A stretch of 64,000 nt of DNA from Laetmonice hystrix (taxonomy: Eukaryota), in assembly GCA_965235115.1 (NCBI GenBank), contig OZ249436.1:21268001-21332000 (forward strand). Reading direction: 5' to 3'. Of the stretch, positions 63,660 through 64,000 are shown piece by piece (the stretch's first letter is position 1; every line of letters starts with the position of its first letter). The notes under the pieces were generated by a model that was given only the letters and a program-made list of their open reading frames with translations, was not told where the DNA came from and made no database searches. The position numbers and the translations under genes are program-made.

Positions 63660-64000
63660 AATATTCGTACGTCCCGTGTGGAGAAGTGTTCTACCGCCGG
63701 GACAGCCGTGTGAGGTCGGGCGGGTGGGCGGGCGGGTGTGTGGGCGGGCGGGCAGAGAGAAAGAGGAGGAGGATTGTTCACACCTCACGAGCCACAACAG
63801 AGGCCCGACATTACATGGCTGTGTGAGCGGCTCGCTGCGCCTCGTAAATCTCACTCCCGAGCACAACTCCATGTAAGTGAGCATAACTCACAACCATACA
63901 TTGTGGCCGGCTGGAGACAGGTCATGGAGTAGCCTGGGTGGGTTGAGGGACACGGGTGTTAGTTCTGGTAGGCCTTCCATACGGACACGCCCTCCCAATG

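Overview
Eukaryotic, repeat-rich invertebrate genomic DNA (probably a lophotrochozoan or other marine invertebrate; the taxon is inferred, not proven). The main feature is most of a Pax2/5/8-class gene on the minus strand (~31.7-60.8 kb). Its start codon and the PAI half of the paired box were not found and probably lie beyond 64000. All splice junctions were traced by hand and are GT-AG and phase-consistent. Two features of this gene stand out. (1) The 198-nt exon encoding the paired-domain linker plus RED subdomain is present twice in tandem. The copies are 69 nt apart, both intact, with about 33 synonymous codon differences and only 8 amino-acid differences, the signature of old mutually exclusive exons that would switch half of the DNA-binding domain. 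(2) The last exon looks dual-coding. One acceptor gives the usual Pax2/5/8 PYYNY tail. A second CAG 25 nt downstream shifts the frame into a Q-rich tail with an OAR/PHT-like motif (SLADLRTKARDHA). A candidate six-exon ~194-aa gene on the plus strand (488-20765) converges on the Pax gene. The rest is a Helentron/HINE-like element with tRNA-derived modules, two SINE-like copies, several MITEs, many minisatellites and GC-rich non-coding blocks that may be enhancers. No CRISPR array or prokaryotic system was seen.
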